Notes: generated by a model not told the origin, from the letters alone. A stretch of DNA of 64,000 bases from Alphaproteobacteria bacterium (GCA_004292675.1 RDXO01000014.1:34313-98312), one strand, 5' to 3'; counted from the first letter of the stretch, positions 9,511 through 20,149 are shown. A program made the numbers and translations.

Positions 9511-11406
9511 ATGAATATGGGAAGGTCGATTCAGTATGCATCATTGCAGATGCAGGGGGAAACGCCCGTCTCATCTGCATATGATGATGTCTATTATTCT
9601 AAGGCGGGTGGTATAGCGGAAAGTTCCTATGTGTTCATCAAGGCACAAGAATTAGAACAACGTATGCAGGGGCGCGTTCACCCCATGCATATTGCGGAAC
9701 TAGGGTTCGGCACAGGCTTGAATTGCGCGTTGCTTGCCGATGCATGGATGCGTAATGCACCTTCCCATGCACCGCTCTTTTTGTGGAGTGTTGAGAAGCA
9801 TCCCATTGCACCTGCGCAATTTGCAATGCTGCATGAGGCATGGTCTGACGTGCTACAGCCTTATGCGCACGCAATGCAACAATGCTATCCCGCACCGATT
9901 GCAGGCGTACATTCGCTATGGCTTGTTGAGGGCAGGGTGCATCTGAGCTTATGCTTTGGTGATGTGATGGATTATCTGCCTCATCTTCCTCACGGCACAA
10001 TGGATGCATGGTTGTTGGATGGTTTTTCCCCTGCCAAAAATCCCGAAATGTGGAATGCGGAATTATTGCATCATCTAGGGCGTGCTAGTGCCAAGGATGC
10101 GACTATTTCCACCTTCACGGCGGCATCTTCGGTGCGGCGCGGATTGCAGGAGGCAGGTTTTACATTGGAAAAAATACGCGGCTTTGGTTATAAACGTGAG
10201 ATGCTGAAGGGGCGCAAACATACTCAAGGCATCGATGCGGTGCGTGCCAATATTCCTAAAAGCGTTGTGATTATTGGTGGCGGTATTGCGGGTGCGAGTG
10301 TGGCGTATGCGTGTGCGCACTATGGCATGACAACGCACGTTTTAGAAGCACGCGCTGATGTGGCGCAAGAAGCATCAGGAAATCCAGCGGGGATTATTTA
10401 TCCCTATATGGGGTCTGTATGGGATGCTGCCACATTATTTTATATGCATGGATTGAGCCATCTTCAGCATGTGTTGGCATCACTCGCAGAGCGTGGCACG
10501 TGGTATGATGTATGTGGAGCGCATTATTATCCTAAAGACGATAGTGAAGCGGAGCGCATACGGGTACAAAATCTTTGTCATGCGTTAGAACTCGATGCAT
10601 CCATGGCATATCCAACGCAGCACGGATCGATGCTACCCACGGCGGGATGGATTGCCGTGCCGCATTTTGTGCGCCATTTGTTGGATGCTTCCCATGCGCA
10701 ACTGCATTGCGGGGTGCGTGCTGAGAAGATGCATTATAATGGGCAGATGTGGCATGTTCACGATACGCATGGAGGTATGTATCATGCGGACGCTGTGGTG
10801 CTGGCGAATGCCTATGCCGCACAAGCATTGCTTGCGGATCATGCCTTGCCAATGCGGCAGATTCATGGGCAAATTACCTATCTTCCGCAACAGGATGTGC
10901 AGAACGCACCAACGCATGTCGTGTGTCATCATGGTTATATGACTCCTGCTATTGAGGGAGTGCATTATATTGGGGCAACTTTTGACCCAGAGGAGGAGGA
11001 GGCATCTGTTACGAGTGCGCGCCATCGTGTGAATCTTGAATCATTGCATCAACGTTTTCCTCATATGCTGCCATCTGTGCCTGATCCTGATCTGATGCAG
11101 GGGCGTTCCGCATTTCGTACTGTGAGTGGGGATCGCTTGCCGATGATAGGAATGCTGGATAATCCCGATGATGTGCATCATGCCCTGCAACATTCCTATC
11201 ACCCCGCACGGCGTAAGGCGATAAAAAAAATGCCACATCTCTATGTAAGCCTTGCGCATGGAGCGCGTGGGCTTGTTTCTGCCCCGCTTGCGGGTGCAAT
11301 CATTGCAGCGCAGATGCATAATGTGGCGATGAGTGCGCATCCTTTGGTGATGCAGGCACTTGATCCCATGCGATTTATGGTGCGTGCATGGAAGAAAAAG
11401 ACCTGA
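9511..11406 (+). CDS. mnmC: Bifunctional tRNA (mnm5s2U34) methyltransferase / FAD-dependent cmnm5s2U34 oxidoreductase
   Basis: 631 aa. The N-terminal methyltransferase domain has DGFSPAKNPEMW. The C-terminal FAD domain has VIIGGGIAGAS. Confidence 0.85.
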   Translation: MNMGRSIQYASLQMQGETPVSSAYDDVYYSKAGGIAESSYVFIKAQELEQRMQGRVHPMHIAELGFGTGLNCALLADAWMRNAPSHAPLFLWSVEKHPIAPAQFAMLHEAWSDVLQPYAHAMQQCYPAPIAGVHSLWLVEGRVHLSLCFGDVMDYLPHLPHGTMDAWLLDGFSPAKNPEMWNAELLHHLGRASAKDATISTFTAASSVRRGLQEAGFTLEKIRGFGYKREMLKGRKHTQGIDAVRANIPKSVVIIGGGIAGASVAYACAHYGMTTHVLEARADVAQEASGNPAGIIYPYMGSVWDAATLFYMHGLSHLQHVLASLAERGTWYDVCGAHYYPKDDSEAERIRVQNLCHALELDASMAYPTQHGSMLPTAGWIAVPHFVRHLLDASHAQLHCGVRAEKMHYNGQMWHVHDTHGGMYHADAVVLANAYAAQALLADHALPMRQIHGQITYLPQQDVQNAPTHVVCHHGYMTPAIEGVHYIGATFDPEEEEASVTSARHRVNLESLHQRFPHMLPSVPDPDLMQGRSAFRTVSGDRLPMIGMLDNPDDVHHALQHSYHPARRKAIKKMPHLYVSLAHGARGLVSAPLAGAIIAAQMHNVAMSAHPLVMQALDPMRFMVRAWKKKT

Positions 11407-11446
11407 CTGTCATCATTTTGTCACATAAAACGAGTATCATCAATCT

Positions 11447-11995
11447 ATGAATAATGCCATTCCCCCATCACATCAGACGAACCCTGCCATTCCTGCCCTT
11501 GAGGAACAATATAGTCGTCTTTCTGACAACATCAAACGCCTAGAATCTGTGCAATCCACACCAATGGGAACAGCGGCGGATCTTGGAGAGGTGTCACTTG
11601 CAAATACGCAACCCGCAGCAGTGCCACAAGCATTGCAGGAAGAAATTCAGTCGCGCTTTGCTTTTGAGATTGGCGTGCGACAAGAGGGAGAATGGCAACA
11701 AACGCGATGCGGTGCGTTGGTTGAAGTGGGTGGCAATCATGTTTCCGTCACTCAGAGTACAGTCCAACAGACGCGCTATGTTGTGCCAACGCAAGTGTTT
11801 GAACAAAATAGGAATGAACGTGCAGATACTGAGCAGAGATTCTATTTCTTTCGTATTGGGGGGCAACCACTTCCACCACCACGTGTGGAGGTAGGGGAAC
11901 GTTACGGTGATACGGACGCGTGCTGGAGCGCAACACCGAACGTTCTTGAGGGTAAACGTATTCAAAATGAACAAAATAAAGGGCGCACGCGATAA
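11447..11995 (+). CDS. Hypothetical protein
   Basis: 182-aa ORF filling the gap between mnmC and ppx. I recognise no motif. Confidence 0.45.
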   Translation: MNNAIPPSHQTNPAIPALEEQYSRLSDNIKRLESVQSTPMGTAADLGEVSLANTQPAAVPQALQEEIQSRFAFEIGVRQEGEWQQTRCGALVEVGGNHVSVTQSTVQQTRYVVPTQVFEQNRNERADTEQRFYFFRIGGQPLPPPRVEVGERYGDTDACWSATPNVLEGKRIQNEQNKGRTR

Positions 11996-12003
11996 AAAGA
12001 TTC

Positions 12004-13482
12004 TTACCGACTCAGATTCTTCCCATGTTTGAGCCATAGTCGCATGGCATCGCGTAGTTCTTCATGACGATTACCCAAAATAGGGTCTAACAAAGTATCA
12101 TTACCTACATGCGATTGAATCAATACATCATCCGTGTGTGGATCGCGCTTTGGTGTATAATCATGTAAGATGTGCGCGCATCCTGCTGTGATGCCGTACG
12201 CCATGTCCGCTAATTGCCCAAGGATGAACGCAAAACAACGTTGATGCTCCTGCAATAAATCAAGTGCGGGATGTTTGAATTTGAGCTTGGCGCGGTGTCG
12301 GTGATATAAAGCTAAGGCAAGCATCACTTGTTGATTGTGCATCAAGCCATAGCCTAGTGTGGAAATCATGCGTTCAAAGGCATATTCGGCGCGATAATCA
12401 GGATGTACGGTCATGGCGACATCACTTACCCAGCAAAAGGCGCGTACTAAGCGTTCATAATGCATATCACATGGCAAAACAGAAAGAATCCAATCGGCGA
12501 GGGCGCAACGATAATGTGGATCAGAGTGCGGTACTGCTACGGCTTGCATCATGGCAAGCAATGGGTCATAAGGCAGTTTAGGCGGATGCACTGTCATCAA
12601 CGCCCCTTCACGAATACCGCCTGAAGAAAATAATATGCGCGATGCCGTCGATTGAACCATGAGGGTATGCAGCACGATTAATGCGGGGATAATCCCATCA
12701 TAACGCCGCCGTGGTACGGCTTCGAGGCGAATCCCTTTGCTTACATCATGGCGCATCTGTTGTAATAATTGTTCAATTTCATCACGCGTCAACACATAAT
12801 CATGGATGACGTGCAACGGGTAATGGTGACGGCGCATATGATGTTTGGCAATCGCACGAAAACTTCCGCCCACTGCATAAAGGGTAGATATTTCTGGCAA
12901 TTCAACAATTTTAAGCATGTCCGTGAGATGGCGCGCTAGCCCTTCATCCTTATGTTCTTGATAATATTTGGTGAATCCTAAGACTCCCATTGGCAAAGAA
13001 CATAGCGCATCGACTTCCCCATGCGACATAATATGCGCACATTCCGTACTTCCCCCTCCCATATCCACCACAAGCCCCGAAGGTTGGTAGGTAGTGCATA
13101 AGACTCCACGTGCTGCATAAAGTGCTTCTTCTTTGCCTGTGAGAATAGTGATAGGATAGCCTAAGATTTTAGTGAGTTCTGCAGCAAAGGATGATCCATC
13201 ACGGGCATTGCGGATAGCAGCCGTGGCAAGCACGATCACTTCATTGGGCTTGCGGGCATGAATTAGTTGCGCAAAACGGCGAATGGTGCGCAATACATGC
13301 TCTTTTGCTTCTTTTTTGAGTGTTCCGCCTTCGGATACGCCTTCACCGAGTAAGCAGCTATGTTTTTCGTTGAACATAGGCTGTGCATGATTACCGCGAT
13401 ATTCATAAAATACCAAGCGCACACTATTTGAACCAATATCAAGAACGGCAACTAATGAATCGGTGTTATGGGGCATCATCAT
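12004..13482 (-). CDS. ppx: Exopolyphosphatase / guanosine pentaphosphatase family (Ppx/GppA)
   Basis: 492 aa. It has the VLDIGSNSVRLV ASKHA-fold phosphate-1 motif and DMGGGSTE. Its ATG shares one base with the stop of the upstream gene. Confidence 0.85.
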   Translation of the reverse strand: MMMPHNTDSLVAVLDIGSNSVRLVFYEYRGNHAQPMFNEKHSCLLGEGVSEGGTLKKEAKEHVLRTIRRFAQLIHARKPNEVIVLATAAIRNARDGSSFAAELTKILGYPITILTGKEEALYAARGVLCTTYQPSGLVVDMGGGSTECAHIMSHGEVDALCSLPMGVLGFTKYYQEHKDEGLARHLTDMLKIVELPEISTLYAVGGSFRAIAKHHMRRHHYPLHVIHDYVLTRDEIEQLLQQMRHDVSKGIRLEAVPRRRYDGIIPALIVLHTLMVQSTASRILFSSGGIREGALMTVHPPKLPYDPLLAMMQAVAVPHSDPHYRCALADWILSVLPCDMHYERLVRAFCWVSDVAMTVHPDYRAEYAFERMISTLGYGLMHNQQVMLALALYHRHRAKLKFKHPALDLLQEHQRCFAFILGQLADMAYGITAGCAHILHDYTPKRDPHTDDVLIQSHVGNDTLLDPILGNRHEELRDAMRLWLKHGKNLSR

Positions 13483-14516
13483 TACTCCACATAGGCATCA
13501 TAGGGACGACGAAATTGTTCAAGTTGGAAATTGCCAAGGGCATAGAGCCAATCGCGGGTACGTTCATTGATGGCTTGGGCTTCTTCCGCTACTTCGAGCA
13601 TGGGTTTGATGTTGGGTTGTGATTCATCGCGTATGTCTGGGTCGGCATCGGCGTGGAATCGCGCCCATACGGCATCATTGATGCTGTGGAAATAGATAGT
13701 CAACATCAAGCCATCAAAGGTGGTAACATATAATACATCAGGTGTTGTGCCGAATGCTTTGCTTGCGGGTAACACATCGGTGAATAAGATACGTTCAAAA
13801 AATACAGCAGGATCAAGCGGGCGATGTTCGCGTTCTTTGCGTCCATCGTTAGGTTGTGGCAGTAATGCCAAACGCTCCGTACTACGCAGACGACTAAATT
13901 GATAGTTCTGCCCTTCTGAAAACTGATAGCGAATCGCAGCAATGCGTGAGGCATTGATAGAAAACATAGAACGATCTGCCCAATCAGCCACATTAGGTTT
14001 GGTTTCAAGACGACCACTCACCAACAAAGCCTGCGCTTGCCCTTCACGACGCACATAGGTTGCAGAGCGATCACGGTTGAGATTACCAATCCAAAGATCA
14101 TGCAATGTGGTAGAACCGTGCATAAGCTGGAGGCGTACAGCGTGTTCTTCATCAAGCCCTAAATCCGCATAACGCTGTGGATCAGAGGTTTTTGGGGCGC
14201 GAATCTCACTTTGCGTCAAGAGGAGCATCAAGGCACGGATCATTGGCTCGGAAGCGGGGAAGCCGTGCATTTGTTCAATCGTCCATGTGCCATGCTCATT
14301 GCGTGCCATCGTGACCTTGCTGTCCGTATGCTCTAGGCGGATTTGATTAATGCTCTCTAAGGACGCGCTCAAATCAGGGAACAGGCGAGGATGTGCGACC
14401 ACATCATCATTATGTGTTCTGTGTATCTGATTAGGGCGTATCACCATAGCAGCGATCACGGCAAGTATGGTGAATAAGGCGACTATGCCATCACGGCGCG
14501 ATATGAATTTTTTCAT
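13482..14516 (-). CDS. DUF4340-like membrane-anchored protein (accessory to the GldG-type ABC system)
   Basis: 344 aa with a single N-terminal TM (IVALFTILAVIAAMVI). It overlaps the GldG-like gene by 4 nt. The assignment rests on architecture and context only. Confidence 0.5.
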   Translation of the reverse strand: MKKFISRRDGIVALFTILAVIAAMVIRPNQIHRTHNDDVVAHPRLFPDLSASLESINQIRLEHTDSKVTMARNEHGTWTIEQMHGFPASEPMIRALMLLLTQSEIRAPKTSDPQRYADLGLDEEHAVRLQLMHGSTTLHDLWIGNLNRDRSATYVRREGQAQALLVSGRLETKPNVADWADRSMFSINASRIAAIRYQFSEGQNYQFSRLRSTERLALLPQPNDGRKEREHRPLDPAVFFERILFTDVLPASKAFGTTPDVLYVTTFDGLMLTIYFHSINDAVWARFHADADPDIRDESQPNIKPMLEVAEEAQAINERTRDWLYALGNFQLEQFRRPYDAYVE

Positions 14517-16393
14517 CGTGCGACTCCTTTTCTATTGCGAATTTTTCTTAAACGTGCAGGAACGATAAATGATGCGATGAATAATAGGCAGGGGACGCTC
14601 AGGATATTAATCCATGCAAGGCGTGTTCCTAATGCTTCAATTTCTTGCTCTAATTGATGTTGTACGGCGCGTAATTGTGTGCGTGTCGCAAGAAATATCT
14701 CTCTAAAGCGGCTAATTTCTTTTTGTTGTTCTGCTGTGAATAAGGCGTTTGAATCATTTTGTTGTTTTTCAATGCCTTGTAATTCATGAATCCGTGTTTC
14801 CATGTCAACTAATTGCTCTTTCAGCTCATGCTCTTTGGTACGGTAGCGTTGCTCGGCTTCGCGCTTCATCGTATCCAACACCGCAAAGGTGCGATTTTTG
14901 CTGTGACGGGTGCGTAAATTGATTAATGCCCCTTCGCCCGTGAGATATTCTAAGCTATTAAGGATGAATGCACCATTATCTGCCGTCGGCATAATAAGGT
15001 TTTTTCCTGAAAATTCCTGTGTTTTTGCCCAATAATCATTCTGTAGCATATCGACATCGCCCACCACAATCAGATGAATGGGATGTTCAGAACGCGCTAG
15101 ATGCTTTTTTTGCTGATCTTTGCTAAGGCTTTCACGAGCAAAGGCACTATCGACAATACCATTAAGTTGCGCAGCAAGCACAAGAGGTTTGTTTTGTGAT
15201 GTGTAGTTGCGATAGATGGATAAGGTCTCGCTTTCTTTTTCTGCATCGGCAACCGAAGCCTGCATGGCATTGACAGAGGTGTGAATGAGTGGCTCTAGCA
15301 CCACAGAAGCGTTGTCATCGCGGGTGAAAAATCCTGATTCAATCATACGGACATGTTCTAAGGACGCAGTAATAACAGAATCATCAGAAAAATCACTGCC
15401 TTTTAGATCAAGCCATGTGACGTTGGGATAGGTGAGTAATTTAGAGGATGCATCCATCGCTTCCACCTGAATGGCAGCATGGCTATCGGCAGCAACAAAG
15501 CCTTCAGAGAATTTTATCCCCCAATGTGATAATAGGGGTTCAAGGGAGCTGTGTTTTTGTTCAAGTGTCGAGATTTTAGCTTTGCTATCCAGCATGATGA
15601 GTGCCTTGCCACCCGCTAAGAGATATTGATCCAACGCATAGGTAAGTTCTTTGGTAAATCCTACAGGATGCACCACCCAGACTGCATCAACATCAGTATC
15701 AAAACTTGTGGCATGTTTGTCAATCACCTGCACATCAAAGGCTTCATCCACTTGTTCATAAATCGCCCAAGGCGGAGTGAAGGCTTGTTGCGTTACCGTT
15801 ATGCCACGCTCCCCACTTAGCCCGCCACGCATTGGTAGCCCGCTGATAATGGCAATTTTTTTGCGACGCGGTTGTGCCATTTCAGTAATGAGGCGCATCA
15901 CGTCATATTCCAAAAATTGCTCGCGGGCAGGGTCAAGAAACGGCATCACCCCACGTTGATCGGTGCTGTTTTCTACGCTCATACCGAAATAAAATTTCGT
16001 GCCTGCGGTATCCATAGGAATACCCTCAAGCCCATGCGTCATGGCTAAATCTTCTGATTCCGTAAAAGGTTCAGGATTCAAAAATTCCACTTTCAACATG
16101 CCCCTTGTGCGCTCAACAGATTGCGCCAAAAGGTTACGCACACGCACCGCATAGGCTTGAAAAATAGGTAAATCCTTTGCAGCACGTTCACTGAAAAATA
16201 CGCGAATTGTAATGGGTTCTTTGAGATTGTGCAGTAAGGTCGTCGTGGCATCAGAAAGGCTATAGAGTTTCTGCTCGGTTGCATCCACGCGTAGATCATA
16301 GGCTAGGTTGCGCACAAGCATATTGCTCGCAAATAAGAGTATGAGTGCTATGATGCTATTGAATATTAATCGGGGTGAAGCGATAGTACGCAT
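14513..16393 (-). CDS. GldG-like auxiliary component of an uncharacterised ABC-type transport system
   Basis: 626 aa. N- and C-terminal TM anchors flank a large soluble domain with a coiled-coil. It follows an ABC ATPase and an ABC-2 permease. Confidence 0.65.
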   Translation of the reverse strand: MRTIASPRLIFNSIIALILLFASNMLVRNLAYDLRVDATEQKLYSLSDATTTLLHNLKEPITIRVFFSERAAKDLPIFQAYAVRVRNLLAQSVERTRGMLKVEFLNPEPFTESEDLAMTHGLEGIPMDTAGTKFYFGMSVENSTDQRGVMPFLDPAREQFLEYDVMRLITEMAQPRRKKIAIISGLPMRGGLSGERGITVTQQAFTPPWAIYEQVDEAFDVQVIDKHATSFDTDVDAVWVVHPVGFTKELTYALDQYLLAGGKALIMLDSKAKISTLEQKHSSLEPLLSHWGIKFSEGFVAADSHAAIQVEAMDASSKLLTYPNVTWLDLKGSDFSDDSVITASLEHVRMIESGFFTRDDNASVVLEPLIHTSVNAMQASVADAEKESETLSIYRNYTSQNKPLVLAAQLNGIVDSAFARESLSKDQQKKHLARSEHPIHLIVVGDVDMLQNDYWAKTQEFSGKNLIMPTADNGAFILNSLEYLTGEGALINLRTRHSKNRTFAVLDTMKREAEQRYRTKEHELKEQLVDMETRIHELQGIEKQQNDSNALFTAEQQKEISRFREIFLATRTQLRAVQHQLEQEIEALGTRLAWINILSVPCLLFIASFIVPARLRKIRNRKGVAR

Positions 16394-16398
16394 GATAT

Positions 16399-17130
16399 TT
16401 ATCCTTTTTTATATTCCACAATCAGCAAGGTCATATATAACCAAAAGACAATGGAACTAACGAAATAAAATATACTTGGTAATTCCAGCACGCCATGCAT
16501 CATATCATCAAAATTGCTGAGAAAACTCATTGCCAAGCACAGATTCAGCACGGATTGTGGCAACCATCCTTCTAAAAAATTCGTCACCACGGGAAAGCCT
16601 AACAAGACGCACACCAACGTCACCGCTGCGGTGATAATAAAAGCGACGATTTGGCTACGTGTTGTTGCTGACATCGCACTTCCTAGGGCAATATACGCCC
16701 CCGCCATAAGGCTACTGCCAAGATAAGACACTAAAATCACGCCATGATCAGGATTGCCTAAATAATTCACCGTGATCCATAAGGGCAAGGTACAGGCAAG
16801 TGCGACCAGCACAAACCACCAAGCTGCAAGAAATTTCCCAATAATAATATGCGCGATAGGCACAGGAAGCGTCATAAGTAATTCTCCTGTGCCACTATGG
16901 CGTTCTTCCGCCCAAAGGCGCATAGTCACGGCGGGGACAAGAAACACATAAAGCCACGGATGCCAACGAAAAAACGGCTCTAAATCCGCAATGCCACGTG
17001 TGAAATAATTGCCAAGATAAAAGGTAAATGCACCTGATACCAACAAAAATACCACTAAAAACACATAGGCTACGGGTGTTTGAAAATAGCTGCGAAATTC
17101 TCTTTGTGCTATGGTTAGGATGCTGCTCAT
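16399..17130 (-). CDS. ABC-2 type transporter permease (GldF-like)
   Basis: 243 aa with about 6 TM segments. It overlaps the ATPase gene by 4 nt. Confidence 0.8.
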   Translation of the reverse strand: MSSILTIAQREFRSYFQTPVAYVFLVVFLLVSGAFTFYLGNYFTRGIADLEPFFRWHPWLYVFLVPAVTMRLWAEERHSGTGELLMTLPVPIAHIIIGKFLAAWWFVLVALACTLPLWITVNYLGNPDHGVILVSYLGSSLMAGAYIALGSAMSATTRSQIVAFIITAAVTLVCVLLGFPVVTNFLEGWLPQSVLNLCLAMSFLSNFDDMMHGVLELPSIFYFVSSIVFWLYMTLLIVEYKKG

Positions 17131-17858
17131 TGTTTATTCCCCTGCTGTGCCAGCATACAAAATACCTCGTCTAAATTGTCATTTTTATAGGTTGCGCGTA
17201 ATTGCGCGGGCGTACCATCTGCGATTAATGCACCGTTGGATATAATCACGGCACGGCTGCATACGGCATCCACTTCTTCTAAAATATGGGTAGAAATAAT
17301 CATCGCTTTGTGCTGCGCCATGGAACGAATCAGGGCGCGCACTTCACGTTTTTGCAAGGGATCAAGCCCATCAGTCGGCTCATCCAATATCAGCACCTCG
17401 GGGTCATGGATAATGGCTTGCGCCATCCCCACGCGACGTTTATAGCCCTTAGAGAGCGTTTCAATCGGTTGCTCGAGAACAGATTCAAGCTGCAACCAAC
17501 CAATCACTAATTCAAGCCGTTCACGCGTGCGGGCGCGGGATAATCCCCGCATTTTTGCCATAAAACATAAAAGCTGATAGGGGGTCATTTCAGGATAAAG
17601 CGGCACACCTTCAGGCACATAACCGATGCGTTGTTGCGCTTCCACAGGGTGGCGCATCACATCGATCCCATCAATCATGATGCTTCCTGCATCAGGGGTA
17701 AGATAGCCCGTAATCATCCGCATGGTTGTCGTTTTTCCTGCGCCATTTGGTCCAAGAAAGCCCAATACCTCCCCATTCGCAACGGATAAAGAAAGATTGC
17801 GCACGGCATGTACCGATCCAAATCGTTTTGATAATCCTTTACACTCGATACGTATCAT
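17127..17858 (-). CDS. ABC transporter ATP-binding protein (GldA-like)
   Basis: 243 aa. Walker A is GPNGAGKTT, the signature is LSKGYKRR and Walker B is LILDEPT. Confidence 0.9.
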   Translation of the reverse strand: MIRIECKGLSKRFGSVHAVRNLSLSVANGEVLGFLGPNGAGKTTTMRMITGYLTPDAGSIMIDGIDVMRHPVEAQQRIGYVPEGVPLYPEMTPYQLLCFMAKMRGLSRARTRERLELVIGWLQLESVLEQPIETLSKGYKRRVGMAQAIIHDPEVLILDEPTDGLDPLQKREVRALIRSMAQHKAMIISTHILEEVDAVCSRAVIISNGALIADGTPAQLRATYKNDNLDEVFCMLAQQGNKQ

Positions 17859-17926
17859 TGCGCACTCATAAAATAATTGTAAGGCTGATCACCCTATGTT
17901 CATGTATAGAGCTATTCTGCCATAAG

Positions 17927-19375
17927 TCAAGTCCCACAAAATGTTTCATAGGCACATGATCCTTTAGGTGGGGGTTGTGTACGATATATTTCTTGAGGTT
18001 CGGCGTAGGGTGTGCGTAAAGTTTCAACCAATGCGTGCAATGGATGCATATCACCTACATCATTGGGTGTGACCGCCGCTTCTAATGCTTCTTCCACAAG
18101 GTGGTTGCGGGCAATTACAGCGGGATTATTGCGCTGCATGAGGGCAGTATCGGGCTGCATAGTACGCCATTGTTGCACCCATTCATGCCACAAAGGGTGC
18201 GTGTGCATTGTCTGGTGCGCGTAGTTTGCGGTATTATCGTTTGCTAATGCCGCCAGAGTACGGAATGTTAGCGTATAATCCGCCTCACATGCGTGCATCA
18301 TGGTGAGTAACGGCGTGAGAATTGCCCATAATGTCTGTTCGGGATGATGTGCGATGCCCAATTTCTTTTGCATTCCATGTGCATAGCTATGTTCAAAGGC
18401 AGCATAAAATAACTCACGCACCTGATCCGCCTGCATGGGTTGCTCTAAAAGAGGGCGCAATGATTCGCTTAATACCCAAAGATTCCATACGGCAATGCTT
18501 GGTTGATTCCCATAAGCATAGCGTCCATGACGATCAATAGAAGAAAATACAGTGGCGGGATCATAATGATTCATGAAGGCGCATGGACCAAAATCTATAG
18601 TTTCTCCGCTAAGTGTCATATTATCTGTATTCATCACGCCATGGATAAATCCGACCAGCATCCATGCAGCGATTAACTCCGCTTGTGCATGAATGATGGC
18701 GTGCAGTAAGGCTTCATAAGGCTGTGCTTCTTTCATAAGGTGCGGATAATGGCGTTGCAGGGCATAATCTGCAACCGCTTTTAAGGCATCATATTCTTGA
18801 TGTGCTGCAAAATACTCGCATGTTCCGACTCGTAGATGGCTTGCAGCAATGCGCATCATAACGCCAGCAGGTTGTATAGGATGCAAGGTATGCGGGCGTT
18901 TGATGATCATGGAGGATGCGATCACGCCTAAGGTGCGTGTTGTGGGAATGCCCAACCCTGCCATTGCCTCACTAATGATATATTCGCGCAGTGCGGGCAT
19001 GAGTGGGCAACGTCCATCACCATTGCGTGAAAAACGCGTTGTGCCTGAACCTTTGAGTTGCACATCCCACAAGCGTCCGTGCGGATCACGCACTTCTCCC
19101 AGCATAAGAGCGCGCCCATCCCCTAATTGCGGCACAAAATTGCCATATTGATGTCCTGCATAGGCTTGTGCAAATGGTTCGCTGTGCGGTAAGCGGTATG
19201 TTCCAGCAAGCACTTCTGCCCATGATTCGGGGGATAGGGCATCATAATCAATCCCTAAGGCGAGGGCGAGAGGTGCGTTCCACACCACCATGCGCGGGTT
19301 AGGTAAGGGTACGGGATCACGACGTTCAAAACAAAGAGGTGGTTGCTTAAGATAAGTGTGGGAAGCATCAAACAT
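17927..19375 (-). CDS. selO: Protein adenylyltransferase SelO (YdiU family pseudokinase-fold AMPylase)
   Basis: 482 aa. Motifs are QLGDGRALMLGE, LKGSGTTRFSR and HGVMNTDNMTLSGETIDFGPCAFM. Confidence 0.9.
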   Translation of the reverse strand: MFDASHTYLKQPPLCFERRDPVPLPNPRMVVWNAPLALALGIDYDALSPESWAEVLAGTYRLPHSEPFAQAYAGHQYGNFVPQLGDGRALMLGEVRDPHGRLWDVQLKGSGTTRFSRNGDGRCPLMPALREYIISEAMAGLGIPTTRTLGVIASSMIIKRPHTLHPIQPAGVMMRIAASHLRVGTCEYFAAHQEYDALKAVADYALQRHYPHLMKEAQPYEALLHAIIHAQAELIAAWMLVGFIHGVMNTDNMTLSGETIDFGPCAFMNHYDPATVFSSIDRHGRYAYGNQPSIAVWNLWVLSESLRPLLEQPMQADQVRELFYAAFEHSYAHGMQKKLGIAHHPEQTLWAILTPLLTMMHACEADYTLTFRTLAALANDNTANYAHQTMHTHPLWHEWVQQWRTMQPDTALMQRNNPAVIARNHLVEEALEAAVTPNDVGDMHPLHALVETLRTPYAEPQEIYRTQPPPKGSCAYETFCGT

Positions 19376-19385
19376 GGCTTTAATC

Positions 19386-20147
19386 CTATTTTACTATATG
19401 TCCTAAGGCAAGAATTTTTCCCGTGCTGCGTTGCCCTTCATGCACAAGTACGACAGCACCACGCGCACGTTCCATACGTTCGTTGCCTAGATTAATTGTC
19501 GTATCCACCACATCACCTTCCCATGCGGGGTGTAAAATATCGATCGTTTGCACGGGATGGGTATAGGTTATTTTTTTACCATAAAGCACCCCACCACGAA
19601 TGGCTACCGTTTCTGATGGACCATAGAGCATCAGCGTGATTTTGGCTTTATGCGCGCCTAATTTCATTGCGGGGATGCGTATATGCAAGCGATCTTCATC
19701 AAGATAATCTAAGGAAATAGGGACTATAGGTGTTTTTGTGCGTGCCAAGAGATTGGATAATTTGAAGACATCATTGCCTTTTAAGGTCTCACGACCATTA
19801 ATGATGAATTCTGGAGTGTTAAGTGATCGTTGTGGCGCAATAGTCGTGCTGTAGGAAGTTTGTCGTTTGGTGCAAAAACCCCGAGATAGGGTATCCTTCC
19901 ATCCTGAATAATTCCAATAATCCACAGGGCATGATAAGGTGATGATATGAGGATTTTTCTGCGTAATCTGTTCTACTAATGCATCCGCTTTGGGGCAGTC
20001 TTCGCAGCTTTGAGAGGTGAATAATTCTAACAAGATAGGAGATTGTGCCGACAACCCCCACGGAATGAGTGTCAGCATAAGGGTACATAACCACAATAAA
20101 TGAGAAGAAAAATGCATAATGAACAGCCTAATTGGAGCGTTTTTCAT
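19386..20147 (-). CDS. DUF1223-family secreted thioredoxin-fold protein
   Basis: 253 aa. A hydrophobic signal-like N-terminus is followed by LELFTSQSCEDCPKAD. Confidence 0.65.
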   Translation of the reverse strand: MKNAPIRLFIMHFSSHLLWLCTLMLTLIPWGLSAQSPILLELFTSQSCEDCPKADALVEQITQKNPHIITLSCPVDYWNYSGWKDTLSRGFCTKRQTSYSTTIAPQRSLNTPEFIINGRETLKGNDVFKLSNLLARTKTPIVPISLDYLDEDRLHIRIPAMKLGAHKAKITLMLYGPSETVAIRGGVLYGKKITYTHPVQTIDILHPAWEGDVVDTTINLGNERMERARGAVVLVHEGQRSTGKILALGHIVK

Positions 20148-20149
20148 AT

